Origin: Bdellovibrionota bacterium
GTDB lineage: Bacteria > Bdellovibrionota_C > UBA2361 > JAFLCA01
Direction: 5' to 3'
Length of the DNA stretch: 64,000 bases
NCBI GenBank assembly: GCA_030584005.1
Contig: CP129486.1
Location: 435,556 to 499,555, forward strand
The first letter of the stretch is position 1, and each line of letters opens with the position of its first letter. The position numbers and the translations under genes are program-made. Positions 41,890-52,729 of this stretch are shown in pieces. A model generated the notes under the pieces. It saw nothing but the letters and a program-made list of their open reading frames with translations. It was not told where the DNA came from and ran no database searches.

Positions 41890-42741
41890 TTACCTATAGT
41901 TGTTCGCCGCGCGCCTCAGCAAAGCATTGGCCTCGTGACCTCCCACTGAGGCATCATACATCAGATCAAACGCTCGATTGAGCCACGCAATGGCTTCTTG
42001 ATCCGTGCAATGCACTGCCCCTACTGCTGTTTCAAGCGTGGCTGACATGGAATCGAAAACACAGAAACTGTACATAAGCGGAACTGGCAAATTTGTGCCA
42101 CGAGGCAAGAGGCGAAATGCTTCAGGATTAGATTTTAAAATTGCTGCTAAGTGCGCCAGCTGCTCGCCCATTACCGTGCGCGAACCTACTACGCGATACA
42201 ACGCCTCTTCATCGATTATGCAGAGAATATCTTTTCGTGAGTTAGATTTGGAGGCTGCCCTTTTGAGCATTTCCGCACCGATTCGACTTCGTAACTTGCT
42301 TGCTTCTCGAGCATCTTTCTGGTCAACAGAGTGCAACATCATCATCTCATAGGCATAGCGTTCCGTTTGACAAAGCCCTACTAAAGCCAATGTTCCGACC
42401 TCTCTGTAGGTACTTGCTTGTTTTAGACGAGCCCAATATTCGACATGCAGGTCCTCTGCGTTCTTGCTTGAGCTTCGCCACGGGTCAAATTGAATTAAGA
42501 AGACTTTGCCTAGTTCCCGCAGTCTGACATGCTCATTGGAAGATAGGGCAAGAGCTTTGGAGAAAAGATCGATGTAGTCTAGATCTATCTTGATCTCGCC
42601 TCGTTCACGCTTGAGTATTCCGGATACACTGTAGCGTCCGCGCATTGCTCTGGAGAGCGTCGCGGGGCTCTCCATGCCCTTCTGATAGCGGATCGAACGC
42701 AGGCGGCGCCCGAGGCTGTCTGGTTTATCTAACTGGGGCAT
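41890..42741 (-). CDS. XRE-family HTH regulator with DUF5753-like C-terminal domain (Scr1-family-like)
   Basis: N-terminal LGRRLRSIRYQKGMESPATLS...RYSVSGILKRERGE HTH; C-terminal ...ALVGLCQTERYAY...ILCIIDEEALYRVVG...MGEQLAHL... block pattern. Confidence 0.6.
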   Translation of the reverse strand: MPQLDKPDSLGRRLRSIRYQKGMESPATLSRAMRGRYSVSGILKRERGEIKIDLDYIDLFSKALALSSNEHVRLRELGKVFLIQFDPWRSSSKNAEDLHVEYWARLKQASTYREVGTLALVGLCQTERYAYEMMMLHSVDQKDAREASKLRSRIGAEMLKRAASKSNSRKDILCIIDEEALYRVVGSRTVMGEQLAHLAAILKSNPEAFRLLPRGTNLPVPLMYSFCVFDSMSATLETAVGAVHCTDQEAIAWLNRAFDLMYDASVGGHEANALLRRAANNYR

Positions 42742-42753
42742 AAGGAAGTAAAT

Positions 42754-43359
42754 CTAGAACGACACCCGTAATGGAGCCTCGCGCATCATCTTTAAGTAAT
42801 CGCTCAACGGTACGGCAACTTTCATTAGCTCGTCACGTAGTCCAGTGAACTTCGACACCGTTCCTGGCGTATTATCGAACTCCATATTCTTTAGCTGGCT
42901 CCCATCGAAATTAATTTCGAGCACAGATGAAGCATCGAACAGGTAGAAGTCCCTCCCGCGGAGCTCTACAAACCGCGGGTGTCTGTCAATGTTAACAAGA
43001 TAAACTTTCTCACCTGCTGGGGCATTAAACAGAGTGTATGCCCACTCTATCTCGTAGCGGAGATACGGGGTTAAGACCTCTGGGATCAAATGCACCCGCA
43101 CCATTTCCTTACCAGCCGATACTGCGGCCTTCACTCTGTCATACCAGGCCGTCCAGCCCGAGTCTGTGAACGGTGGATTGATACCACCGTTCACATACTC
43201 GCGCAGGACACGGTCGTCGTCTACCACGGCATATGTATCAAGGGTCTCGACGCGGAAGGCCGAATGATTAAACTTCCAAAATATCTCCTGCTGCTCCGCA
43301 GGAGTGACAATGCGACGTTCGCACGGATCCACATGGTGACCTTGTTGGGTAGACGGCAT
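42754..43359 (-). CDS. hypothetical protein (201 aa), middle gene of three-gene operon
   Basis: 13-nt gap to XRE-like gene, 16-nt gap to upstream gene; no recognised motif. Confidence 0.5.
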   Translation of the reverse strand: MPSTQQGHHVDPCERRIVTPAEQQEIFWKFNHSAFRVETLDTYAVVDDDRVLREYVNGGINPPFTDSGWTAWYDRVKAAVSAGKEMVRVHLIPEVLTPYLRYEIEWAYTLFNAPAGEKVYLVNIDRHPRFVELRGRDFYLFDASSVLEINFDGSQLKNMEFDNTPGTVSKFTGLRDELMKVAVPLSDYLKMMREAPLRVSF

Positions 43360-43374
43360 AAGCTCTCTCTACTA

Positions 43375-43677
43375 TTAGACCTCAGGGGCGGCAAGTTTCA
43401 ATAGTTGCGGATCAATACGGACCGCAAATTCATCATCGTAAACTTTCACGAGCCCCGTAGCTTCCAAATCCTTTAAGTCAGAAGCCATAAGTCGCTTGCC
43501 CACTATTACTATAGACCCATCTTCGCACTTAAGGATTGATGGGCACGTTCCCTGTGGGCAGCACGCCTCCTTGCCGGTAACAAACTGACCCGGGAAGCTC
43601 TCCTTGGCAATCATAGTAAACTTGGTCGACATAGATCCTCCATAAACGCGCTTCTCAAACAAGAAAAGACGAAACAC
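43375..43677 (-). CDS. small Cys-containing hypothetical protein (100 aa; possibly starts at internal Met giving ~85 aa), weakly DUF397-like
   Basis: ...ACCPQGTCPSILKCEDGSIVIVGKRL... loosely resembles the Cys + DG-x-V-x-VRDSK core of DUF397. Confidence 0.4.
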   Translation of the reverse strand: MFRLFLFEKRVYGGSMSTKFTMIAKESFPGQFVTGKEACCPQGTCPSILKCEDGSIVIVGKRLMASDLKDLEATGLVKVYDDEFAVRIDPQLLKLAAPEV

Positions 43678-43933
43678 AGCTAAGCAAACCGCCGCTAGAA
43701 ACTAGACCGGCAAATCGCTGTAGTCAATAAAATTGACCACCCCATTTGAAAGGGTGGCAATCTGAATCTATTCGCAAAATTAGCCTGTTGGAAATGCCTC
43801 CTCCAGAACGAAGCGTTCAATGTCCTGCGCGGATAATTTCTGAATCCTGGTCCCACATCTAAATGTGGTGACAGCTGCTAGTCACTAGCTACAAACCCTC
43901 ATTGACTATGCGACTAGACTGTAAGAGGCCACC

Positions 43934-44207
43934 ATGACAAAAAAGCGCTGCTCCTCACGACAAAGGAGGCAGCATCAATTCTTCGAGTCAATCGCACAAA
44001 ACTGTATGACCTCATCAAGGGAGGGGTAATTCCAGGGGTGCGAATTGGAGCTGATTGGCGCATTCCAATTGAATGCATTGAGAGACTTTGCGCGGCAACG
44101 ATCCCCGACGCGTTTTTTCAACAGCGAGTCCCTCCGCGAAGAAAAGGTGGGCGGCCGAAACTAACCGAAAAGAAGGTGCGCGCCACAATCCCCGTGGCGT
44201 CCACATA
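43934..44207 (+). pseudogene. excisionase-family HTH (HTH_17-like) gene interrupted by -1 frameshift in an A6 run
   Basis: ATGACAAAAAAG...: with one extra A the frame reads MTKKALLLTTKEAASILRVNRTKLYDLIKGGVIPGVRIGADWRIPIECIERL... to stop at 44207. Confidence 0.6.
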
Positions 44208-44241
44208 GGACCCGCAATCTTGCAGACATTAGGAACTTTAT

Positions 44242-44867
44242 ATGACGATCGAAACTGCTCTCCTATGGGTCACCTACCTTGGTGTGGTCTGCCTTATCTT
44301 TACGACCTACGAACTCGGAGTGCTCCTTGGCTCTCGATTGTTCGGGGGAACGTGCACTGGTTGTGACTGTGGATTTGGGCCACCTATAGTGGATGGTGTG
44401 GTGGGAAGTATTCACCTACGACTTCGCATTCTCCCCATCCCTATTGGCTTTACAATTGCGATGCGAGAGAAGGTCGCCGGGCATTTAGTAATCAGAAGGC
44501 CTCTTATCGAGCAGTTAAGAAGGCACTATGGCCCCCAAGTCAGGGTCGACCATCACATCAGTCCACTGCAACCTGTGCCCCACGTATGCTCATACCTCTC
44601 CTTGGAACGGCTCTGCTTGTGCTTATGCTTGTGGCATCTCTCGGCGTCGTCGCCCCTTGGTTGATTGTCATTTTATCTGCAGCAATGGGACCCATGACGT
44701 GTTGCACGGCATCCCAATGTGCTCGCATGGTGTTCATGCTAAGTGGCGCATCCGTGATTGTAGCACTCTACAACCTCTTCCCAGTTAAAAGACTGAATGA
44801 TGGCGCACTGCTTATGGAACTCATTCGAACCCCGCGGCTTCAAACCCTATACTGGACCAATACATGA
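44242..44867 (+). pseudogene. possible site-2-protease (M50)-like membrane protein, frameshifted and with degenerate HExxH (YELGV)
   Basis: two overlapping ORFs in different frames; C-terminal LYNLFPVKRLNDGALL resembles the M50 NxxPxxxLDGG motif. Confidence 0.25.
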
Positions 44868-45198
44868 GACCTCGAACGTAGCCTTCAAATGAGCTCGGCA
44901 CGGGGGGCCTGTTTTATTGGATCAGGAGTTGAGCTACTTGTCCCAGCAGAACGACCGCTACGACACCTAGAATTATCTCACACTAATGTCCAATCTTGAG
45001 CCAGTTCGGCCCACTAACATTGTGGTCGTTACTCCGCAGCGGGAGCTGGCGGCGATCCGGGACGAGTGAGCGATAGAACGACTCCGACGCAGGCTAAGCA
45101 TAGGTAGACAGTTACAAACAGTGCTAGGGCTACCGCAATCGGGACAAAGGTGAAGAAGGGTCGTAGAGGGGCACCAACGCCTCCCCGGGCTTTAGTTC

Positions 45199-46406
45199 CG
45201 GCCGAGGGAGCGTATATGACGCCCACCCCCGGCCGGGTATCGAGACCTTTTGGCGGAACCTCCACTCGGCTTACGGAGGAGGGACTCTAGCGGTGCTAAG
45301 CGCCTTGGGCTTGCACTTGCAGCGCCGACGACTCTTCACGCAGAGGGCGACCATGCCGCAGTACAGAACGTGTGCGGCCTCTGGGACGGCAAGCGTCTCC
45401 ACCCGCACCGCTGCATTGGTTCCCCATGTAAAGACGGGGTGCTGACTCAGCAACTCCGGCGGTCCAAACGGACCGACGTCCGAAGCCCACCAGTCCTCAA
45501 GGCCAGAGCCCGACATGCGCGGGGCAAAGTACGGAATCACTCCCGGCATAATCTCCTGACCGTCGATTGACAGGGAGATCACATGCTGGGCGCCCGCTGT
45601 GGTGAGCCAGTTGTAGTCACGCACATCGATGGTGATCAGGTAGAGGTTGTGGTTGATGCCCGGCTCGTCGAGGTTGGTTGAAGGTGCCGATAACATCCTG
45701 CCATCCAGGGTTGACGATGTCCTGAAGTATCGAACTCCTGGAAGTAGTTGGGGTTCTGTGGATCCCAACAAAACGGGTCATCGATGTAGGAGGTGACATC
45801 AGGGTGGAACCCCGCCCGAATGGTGAAGTCACCCTCCTCAGCCGGATGGTTCGGCGTGTAGTCACCGTAGTCGAGGGACATGACGAAGGAGATCTGACTC
45901 ACCTTCTGGCCGTTGCCCGGGATGGTGACGCCAAGACTCGTCTTGCCGCTCGGCTCGTAGCTCGCAAAGATGCGGTGGTACGGGATTTCACCCGTAAACT
46001 GGTTGAGGTTGTCCTTGATGATGTCAGCGTGGGCGGACTGTCCCATGATGACAGTGAGGATGAGGGTCCCCACGAGGCCCATGACGCTGTTGATGGTACG
46101 CATTCCTTCGCTCCTGTGAATTGAAACCGCGATGCTGCTCTTCCTTGTCATCCGGGTACGCCCCGGTTGATCTACTGGCAGTGAGTCCCGCGCTTAACAT
46201 AAGCCCACGACTCACTGCCACAAAAAACAGCGTGAAACCTTAAGAACTCTTCAGTTCCTTCGCACGACTTCTTTGGAATTCGTGCATGCGGCTTCTACCA
46301 ATTCCCTGGCGACCTGATAATGAACCTTTCAAGGCCACAAGGCTACCACCACGCTCTCCTTTAGTCACGCACACTTACGACCGATACAAAGAGCGGAGGC
46401 TCCGAG
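45199..46406. repeat. 1.2-kb direct repeat, copy B (carries decayed PEP-CTERM gene)
   Basis: see copy A. Confidence 0.85.
45271..46151 (-). pseudogene. PEP-CTERM protein gene, second copy disrupted by several 1-nt indels
   Basis: split into ORFs 45636..46151 and 45271..45771; indels clustered near 45690-45735 and 45350-45375 relative to copy A. Confidence 0.65.
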
Positions 46407-46653
46407 CAAATGGCCCGAAAAGGCATCGTTTCAAGAAGTTATGCTGCCGCTCGAGATAGTGTTTCATCAAGACGCTGGAATTTGGTGTATCTGGCCAGCG
46501 CAATGGCCTTTCTATCACTCCTGTTACTTGTAGGGGTTTCCGGGATTCCTAGTATCTCTGCTGCACTCCAGAGCTACTGGCTGGCACCCAAGGGGGTGTA
46601 CATAGACCTTCGTTCCCGACGCCCCAATAGGAAGAGTTGATATTGAGGTTACA

Positions 46654-47292
46654 TTGAACCGCGACCTTTCATTCAAGGTGCGGGAACGGACAGTCAAGGT
46701 TTTCTCTGACCCGTCCAAGATGTCACACACCTCCGCAAAATTGATTCCGCTCAAAACTGGTACCACATGCCACGGCGAGGATGCGGTAGCGATCGATGTG
46801 GTAGTAAAGAATGCAGTCACGTGGAATTTCAACGAAGCGAATAGTATTAGCAAGAATGGGAGTCCAGCTGCACAGATTACCGTCCCCTCACGCTTCACAC
46901 TGATTCCGATTGAGTCGTCTCCTGCAAATGTGCGTCAACTTGATAAGGGAGTGAGCGAGGAAGTCGAGATTCACTACACCGTGGAGGGAATATTTCGGGA
47001 ACGTGGCACACTACTTCCCTTAATAACACCGCCAAGCATTGCAGCTGACGCATTCAGTGTCTCGTTTGAAAGACCAGAAGTACTGGGCAGCGATCTAGAG
47101 GTTGCACTATGTTGGGGCAAGGATGCGGCGCTCTCTGAGCTTCCACTCAAATACAAGACAACAACCCTGGATGGAAATGTAATTACCACGTGGGAAAGCG
47201 ACATGATCCAGGGAGGAAGCATGCCGAGCCCTGCACTTCCCACACATACCACCCTGGCCCTTGCACTTAAGCCGATTAAGAACGACAGATAA
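46654..47292 (+). CDS. hypothetical protein (212 aa); may be fused by a frameshift to upstream TM-containing ORF 46410..46640
   Basis: frame 1 open from 46606 overlapping end of frame-3 ORF; no family recognised. Confidence 0.35.
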   Translation: MNRDLSFKVRERTVKVFSDPSKMSHTSAKLIPLKTGTTCHGEDAVAIDVVVKNAVTWNFNEANSISKNGSPAAQITVPSRFTLIPIESSPANVRQLDKGVSEEVEIHYTVEGIFRERGTLLPLITPPSIAADAFSVSFERPEVLGSDLEVALCWGKDAALSELPLKYKTTTLDGNVITTWESDMIQGGSMPSPALPTHTTLALALKPIKNDR

Positions 47293-47391
47293 TCACGCCG
47301 CTTGTACCGCGTCCCACTCATTGCGTCGATCCTAGAAAGTGCTCTCCCGACGCTAGCAGGGTCCAAACCCAGCACCGCAGCTACTGCCTCT

Positions 47392-48298
47392 TTATTCGAT
47401 TGAAGTTGAAGCCCTCCTCCAACCCCCCATTACCGCATTCTCAAATTCAATCGACGCGCCTTGAGTCCTCTCCCAAAAACTCGAAAAAGCTTCGCGCCAT
47501 AGCAACATTGTGCGTTCGAATGAACGAAGCTCCATTGAGATAAGCGCTGAGGCCTGCGAGCTGCGAAATGGATCTCGTTCCCCGAGAGCACCGCCTAGGA
47601 ATCCCTTTCTCGATGCACCGATCATAATAGGCTGTGATAGGCCAGCGGCTCTAAAGCGTGGCAGATCTCGCAGCAGCTCAAAGGAATAGCGTGGATCGTT
47701 GCTTACGAAGCGGCCCATACCCGGATCAACAATAATGCGAGCCGGAGAGACCCCTCTTCGCACCGCCTGTTCCACCCGCTCACAGAGAAAATCCGCGATA
47801 TGGCCCACCACGTCAATCGTACTCACGCGTCTCCGGGGTAACATGCGGCAAAGGAGCATCCTTGGCGTACATCAATACTAGGTAGGCATCGAATTCCGCT
47901 ACGACCTCGGCGAGCTGTGGGCTCGGCTCTTAGAGCCGACACATCATTATGATTCGGCATCCTGCGGCCAGGGCGAACCTCGCAACTGTAGACTTGTAGG
48001 TGTCGATGGAGCAGCAACTAATCCTGGGACCCAGAAGCTCTAACAGCGGTCTTAAGCGTTGCAATTCCTCAGAGGCTGAGAGCGGGGTTGATCCGGGACT
48101 GGTTGCTTCTGCCCCGATATCTAGGAGTGCAGCACCAGAGCGCAGCAGTGTATCGCAATATTCAACGGAGGTGCGCAGGTCTACGAGCCTACCTCCATCA
48201 CTGAATGAATCGGGAGTCACATTCACTACACCGACTAACACCGGGCACTTAGGGCTTAGCCCTAAGCCGGAATAGTCAAAGTCGAGCTGTGTGTTCAT
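47392..48298 (-). pseudogene. folP: dihydropteroate synthase with at least three frameshifts
   Basis: N-terminal part VVNVTPDSFSDGG...; motifs NDVSAL, LAEVVAEFDAYLVLMYAKDAPLP, and IIVDPGMGF each in a different frame within ~150 nt. Confidence 0.7.
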
Positions 48299-49203
48299 GG
48301 AATTTTTATTGCCATCTTCCCACGGGTGTGGCCGGCCTTACTTCGTCGCAGTGCCTCCGCGGCCTCATCCGCCGTGAGAGCAAAGCTGGCACTCACATGG
48401 GTGCGGAGTGCGCCGCCCTCGATCAGCTTGGTCAACTCCCTCAGCTGTGATTGCTCGGGGCGTACAAAAACATACTCAAATACGACCCTAGAAGGTACTT
48501 TATCGAAGGCGTCATTATGAACGATGCTCACCAAACGGCCGCCATCTTAAGCACATCGGCGCTTCGCAGGAAGATATCGCCGCCTACGGTGTCAAAAGCG
48601 AGATCTATCCCTTGTGGGAACTTCGTGCGCACTATTTCTCGAAAATCAACTAAGGAGTAGTCAATTACCTCGTCCGCACCGAGACGGCGAATAAACTCAT
48701 GGTTGCGCAGCAAGCCGGTCGAGATCACATGCGCTCCGGTGTACTTGGCAAGCTGCACGGCAAAGCCACCGACGCCGCCTGCCCCGGCATGGATGAGGAC
48801 TGTCTGCCCGGATTTGAGTGAGCCGGCCTCAAAAGGGATTGCCACGCGGTTAGTGCGGCGAGGGGCACCGTCGCAGCCTCTTCAAACGTCATATTGCGCG
48901 GCATGCGGGCACAGAAAGTCTCCGGCACAACCACATACTCGGCGTAGGTCCCCCACTTGACGACGGGCTTGCGGCAGTATGCATACACTTCATCGCCGAT
49001 CGACCATTGGGTAACACCACCGCCGGTGGACTCAACGATTCCTGCGGCATCCCAACTAGAATGATTGGAAACTCATGCGGAAGTCTATCTCGAAGCAGTC
49101 CTTCCCGGATCTTCCAGTCAACGGGGTTGACGCCGGCAGCCTTGACCCTGAGAAGTATCTCTCCCACAGCGGGCTGAGGCTTCTCGATCTCGACAAGCTT
49201 CAT
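48295..49203 (-). pseudogene. quinone oxidoreductase / zinc-type ADH superfamily gene fragmented into four frames
   Basis: fragments VKAAGVNPVDWKIREGL / YAEYVVVPE...EEAATVPLAALTAWQSL / GQTVLIHAGAGGVGGFAVQLAK / ...HTRGKMAI in successive frames. Confidence 0.65.
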
Positions 49204-49362
49204 GCGATCGCTTTGGCCAACTCCTCATAGTGATTGCTTTCATGATAACCTGCCATTTCCCCACAGGGTGAAACATATAGGAGAAGACCCTCGAGAGTAA
49301 ACGCTCAGTCGAGCCCTGACGATTTGAAACATCGAGACAGCCGGGTTATCCTGCACCCATCC

Positions 49363-49424
<62 letters not shown>

Positions 49425-49438
<14 letters not shown>

Positions 49439-50161
49439 ACTGAGCAAGGCGAAGTTGGCGGACAATAGGCAGGATTCGAACCAAGAAACAGGGCGAATCC
49501 GCGAGCGAGTGTCGCTCGCGAGCAATCTGCCGGGTACGCCAACTGAGCAAGGCGAAGTTGGCGGACAATAGGCAGGATTCGAACCAAGAAACAGGGCGAA
49601 TCCGCGAGCGAGTGTCGCTCGCGAGCAATCTGCCGGGTACGCCAACTGAGCAAGGCGAAGTTGGCGGACAGTAGGCAGGATTCGAACCAAGAAACAGGGC
49701 GAATCCGCGAGCGAGTGTCGCTCGCGAGCAATCTGCCGGGTACGCCAACTGAGCAAGGCGAAGTTGGCGGACAATAGGCAGGATTCGAACCAAGAAACAG
49801 GGCGAATCCGCGAGCGAGTGTCGCTCGCGAGCAATCTGCCGGGTACGCCAACTGAGCAAGGCGAAGTTGGCGGACAATAGGCAGGATTCGAACCAAGAAA
49901 CAGGGCGAATCCGCGAGCGAGTGCCGCTCGCGAGCAATCTGCCGGGTACGCCAACTGAGCAAGGCGAAGTTGGGCGGACAATAGGCAGGATTCGAACCAA
50001 GAAACAGGGCGAATCCGCGAGCGAGTGTCGCTCGCGAGCAATCTGCCGGGTACCGCCAACTGAGCAAGGCGAAGTTGGCGGACAATAGGCAGGATTCGAA
50101 CCAAGAAACAGGGCGAATCCGCGAGCGAGTGCCGCTCGCGAGCAATCTGCCGGGTACGCCA
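49425..50161. repeat. ~7 x 103-bp tandem repeat beginning inside the tRNA-Arg 3-prime end
   Basis: unit GGGTACGCCAACTGAGCAAGGCGAAGTTGGCGGACAATAGGCAGGATTCGAACCAAGAAACAGGGCGAATCCGCGAGCGAGTGTCGCTCGCGAGCAATCTGCC; copies differ by a few SNPs/1-nt indels. Confidence 0.85.
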
Positions 50162-50331
50162 GTGGAAAGAGGCAGGCGCTTCTCCTTAAAAAGTTGCGGT
50201 CGAGGTTATCCTGCGCGAGTCACACCACTGTATATACACGCGAGAACAGCGCATCTCCTCCCTCTACCTTGACTCGACCATTGGCTTGAAGATGCCGCAG
50301 GATAGAGAAGATGGCAGGTGTTGCGTCCTCT

Positions 50332-51842
50332 CTATCCATCGATCGAGCGAGCTGGTTCGACGCTGTAGCTCCCTGAATGCTCCCGTAAAAAGGCAAGCAC
50401 AGCGGACTGGAGCTGTAACACCTCATTAGCCGCCTTCTTTCCGGCCTCGACCCCGGGCTGGTGGTAGGCGTTTACGTTTATGAGCGAAGCGTAAAGTCCG
50501 ACCGCTCTTTCAAACAGGGCGATCAACATTCCGAGGTTGAACTCGGAAACCTCTGAAATGGTAATCGTGATGCTCTCGCGACTCTTCTCGAACAACGCCC
50601 GGCGAGTCCCCTGTAGGAACCCGCTCAGGTAATCGCCGCTTGTTACGCCGGGGTCCACCTCAAAGGCATGGGCTTGGAACTCACCAGAGAGGGCTCCGCC
50701 GCTAGTCCGTGCGAACGATCTTTGAGGACCTCGATGAAAACGGCGAAGAAATTGTTTATTCCGTCGCGGAGCTGCTGCACATACGCGTGTTGATCGGTTG
50801 ATCCCTTATTTCCATACACGGAGAGTCCCTGATCGACTCGTGCTCCATCCCTGTCCAGTTCCTTCCCTAGACTCTCCATCACAAGCTGCTGCAGATAGCG
50901 GCTAAAAAGTTCGATCCTATCGTTATAGGGGAGCACGACCATGGACTTTTGTCCCTTTCCTCCTACCCGCATAGAACCACATCAGGGCAAGGGAGGCCGC
51001 CGGATTTCGAGTGGCGTCAGGATTTCGTGTCAGGACATCCATGTGGCGGGCTCCGGCTAACAAGGCATCAAGGTCTGCCCCATGGAGAGCAGCGGGGAAG
51101 AAGTCCCACAGCACTCAGCTCGCTCGTCCTTCCTCCAACCCAGTCCCCACATTGGGAAGGTAGCAAGCCACTTCTGCGTGGTTGCTGTCCGATACAGTTC
51201 ACTGCCGTCACTGGTCACTGCTACAAAATGCTTTGAGAAATCGAGACCCAAGGAGTGCAAAGCCTGCGCCTGCAATGAACTGGCCATTACGAGTTTCCTT
51301 GGTCCCACCAGACTTAGAGATCACCACGCAAAGAGTACGAGCGAGATCGGGGATGCTTCGTAGAGTCATCTCCATCCATCTGGATCGGTATTGTCAAAGA
51401 AATAGAGTCGCAGTCCCTTACTTCCCAGCGCCCGATACACGAATTGGGGTCCCAGAGCCGAACCTCCAATGCCGATGATGAGCGCTGACTCAAAAGATGT
51501 CCATCTGAGCTCTTTATCTCGCCAGCCAGCACCGCTGCGGTGAAGCGCTTTACCGATTCAATCGTAGAATCAATCTGATTCCGATCTCCCGCGATGGTGC
51601 CCGCTGGCTATCGCGAAGCCAATAATGCCCAATCATGCGGCCCTCATCGGGATTGGAGACTGCGCCGCTCTCTAGCGCCGCCATTTCCTTCAAGGCCTTT
51701 TCAATGCGTGGTCTCATTCGACTCAAAAACGCTGAGTCAAAGTGCATTCGGGAGATGTCTAGAGAGAACTCCGTGCGCTCATCATGGAAGTAGTAATTCT
51801 TTAGGGCGTTGCCAGAGCTTTGGTTCGTCCATCGCGATACAT
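50332..51842 (-). pseudogene. pgi: glucose-6-phosphate isomerase fragmented into at least six frames
   Basis: fragments ...SNPDEGRMIGHYWLR..., ...[34 protein letters not shown]..., ...[16 protein letters not shown]..., ...[17 protein letters not shown]... match PGI blocks. Confidence 0.65.
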
Positions 51843-51992
51843 TCCAAATTAAAGTAGTTGCAGAATGACCCTATCCTTGACCGAGTAATGCCATCGGGCA
51901 AGGGCTTGAAACCCTGAGCAAAGTTCACAAGGTGGGGACTACTACTAAGAATTCGATTAGTTATGATAAGGCTTTGAGATGAACAGCGATTA

Positions 51993-52640
51993 GTGCTATT
52001 GAAGCCCTGTCAACCGTCCGGGGCACATGAATCTATGATCAGAGAAAATCTTCTTTTCTTTAAAGAGTTTCTCCAAGAGTTCGAGAACACGGGAACCTGT
52101 TTCCCGACATCGCGTCAAGCAGCGCGAGCCCTTGCCCAGCCGGTGCTTGAATCATGCGCCCCGAAGAAGATCTTAGAACTGGGGCCCGGAACCGGATCGG
52201 TCACTGTTGAGATACTGCGGGCGATGCGAGAAGGGGATGAACTGGCAATTTGCGAGATCAATCCCCGATTTATGGAGGCGCTAAAGGAACGTCTACACGA
52301 TAACCCCGACTATATTCGACACCGGGCGAGGATTAGGTTCTTCCAGTGCGCGGCCCAGGAACTTCCCGAAAATCAGCATTATGATGTGATTGTATGCGCC
52401 CTTCCATTTTTAAATTTTACCCCGGAAGTGGTCGCGGAGATCTTTCAAAAGATTGAGCGCCTTAGTCACCCGGACAGCGTCATGACCTACTATGAATACA
52501 TTGGATTGCGAAAACTAGGAATGACCGTGGCAGCGCCGCCTAGAAAGCAACGAATTAAGGAAATCAACAACTTCTACCGGAATCTGGCGTCGCGATGGCG
52601 TATTTCCCGTCGTAAGCTGGTTCAACATGCTTCCCATTAA
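51993..52640 (+). CDS. class I SAM-dependent methyltransferase (possibly phospholipid N-methyltransferase-like)
   Basis: ILELGPGTGSVT motif I. Confidence 0.6.
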   Translation: MLLKPCQPSGAHESMIRENLLFFKEFLQEFENTGTCFPTSRQAARALAQPVLESCAPKKILELGPGTGSVTVEILRAMREGDELAICEINPRFMEALKERLHDNPDYIRHRARIRFFQCAAQELPENQHYDVIVCALPFLNFTPEVVAEIFQKIERLSHPDSVMTYYEYIGLRKLGMTVAAPPRKQRIKEINNFYRNLASRWRISRRKLVQHASH

Positions 52641-52729
52641 CATCTATCGGCTCCAGATCGCCGCATAGAAATCTAACTTTTAGTTACTTAAACTTTGTTG
52701 ACTAAGGATCGCCCTGCCTGCATCATCAT

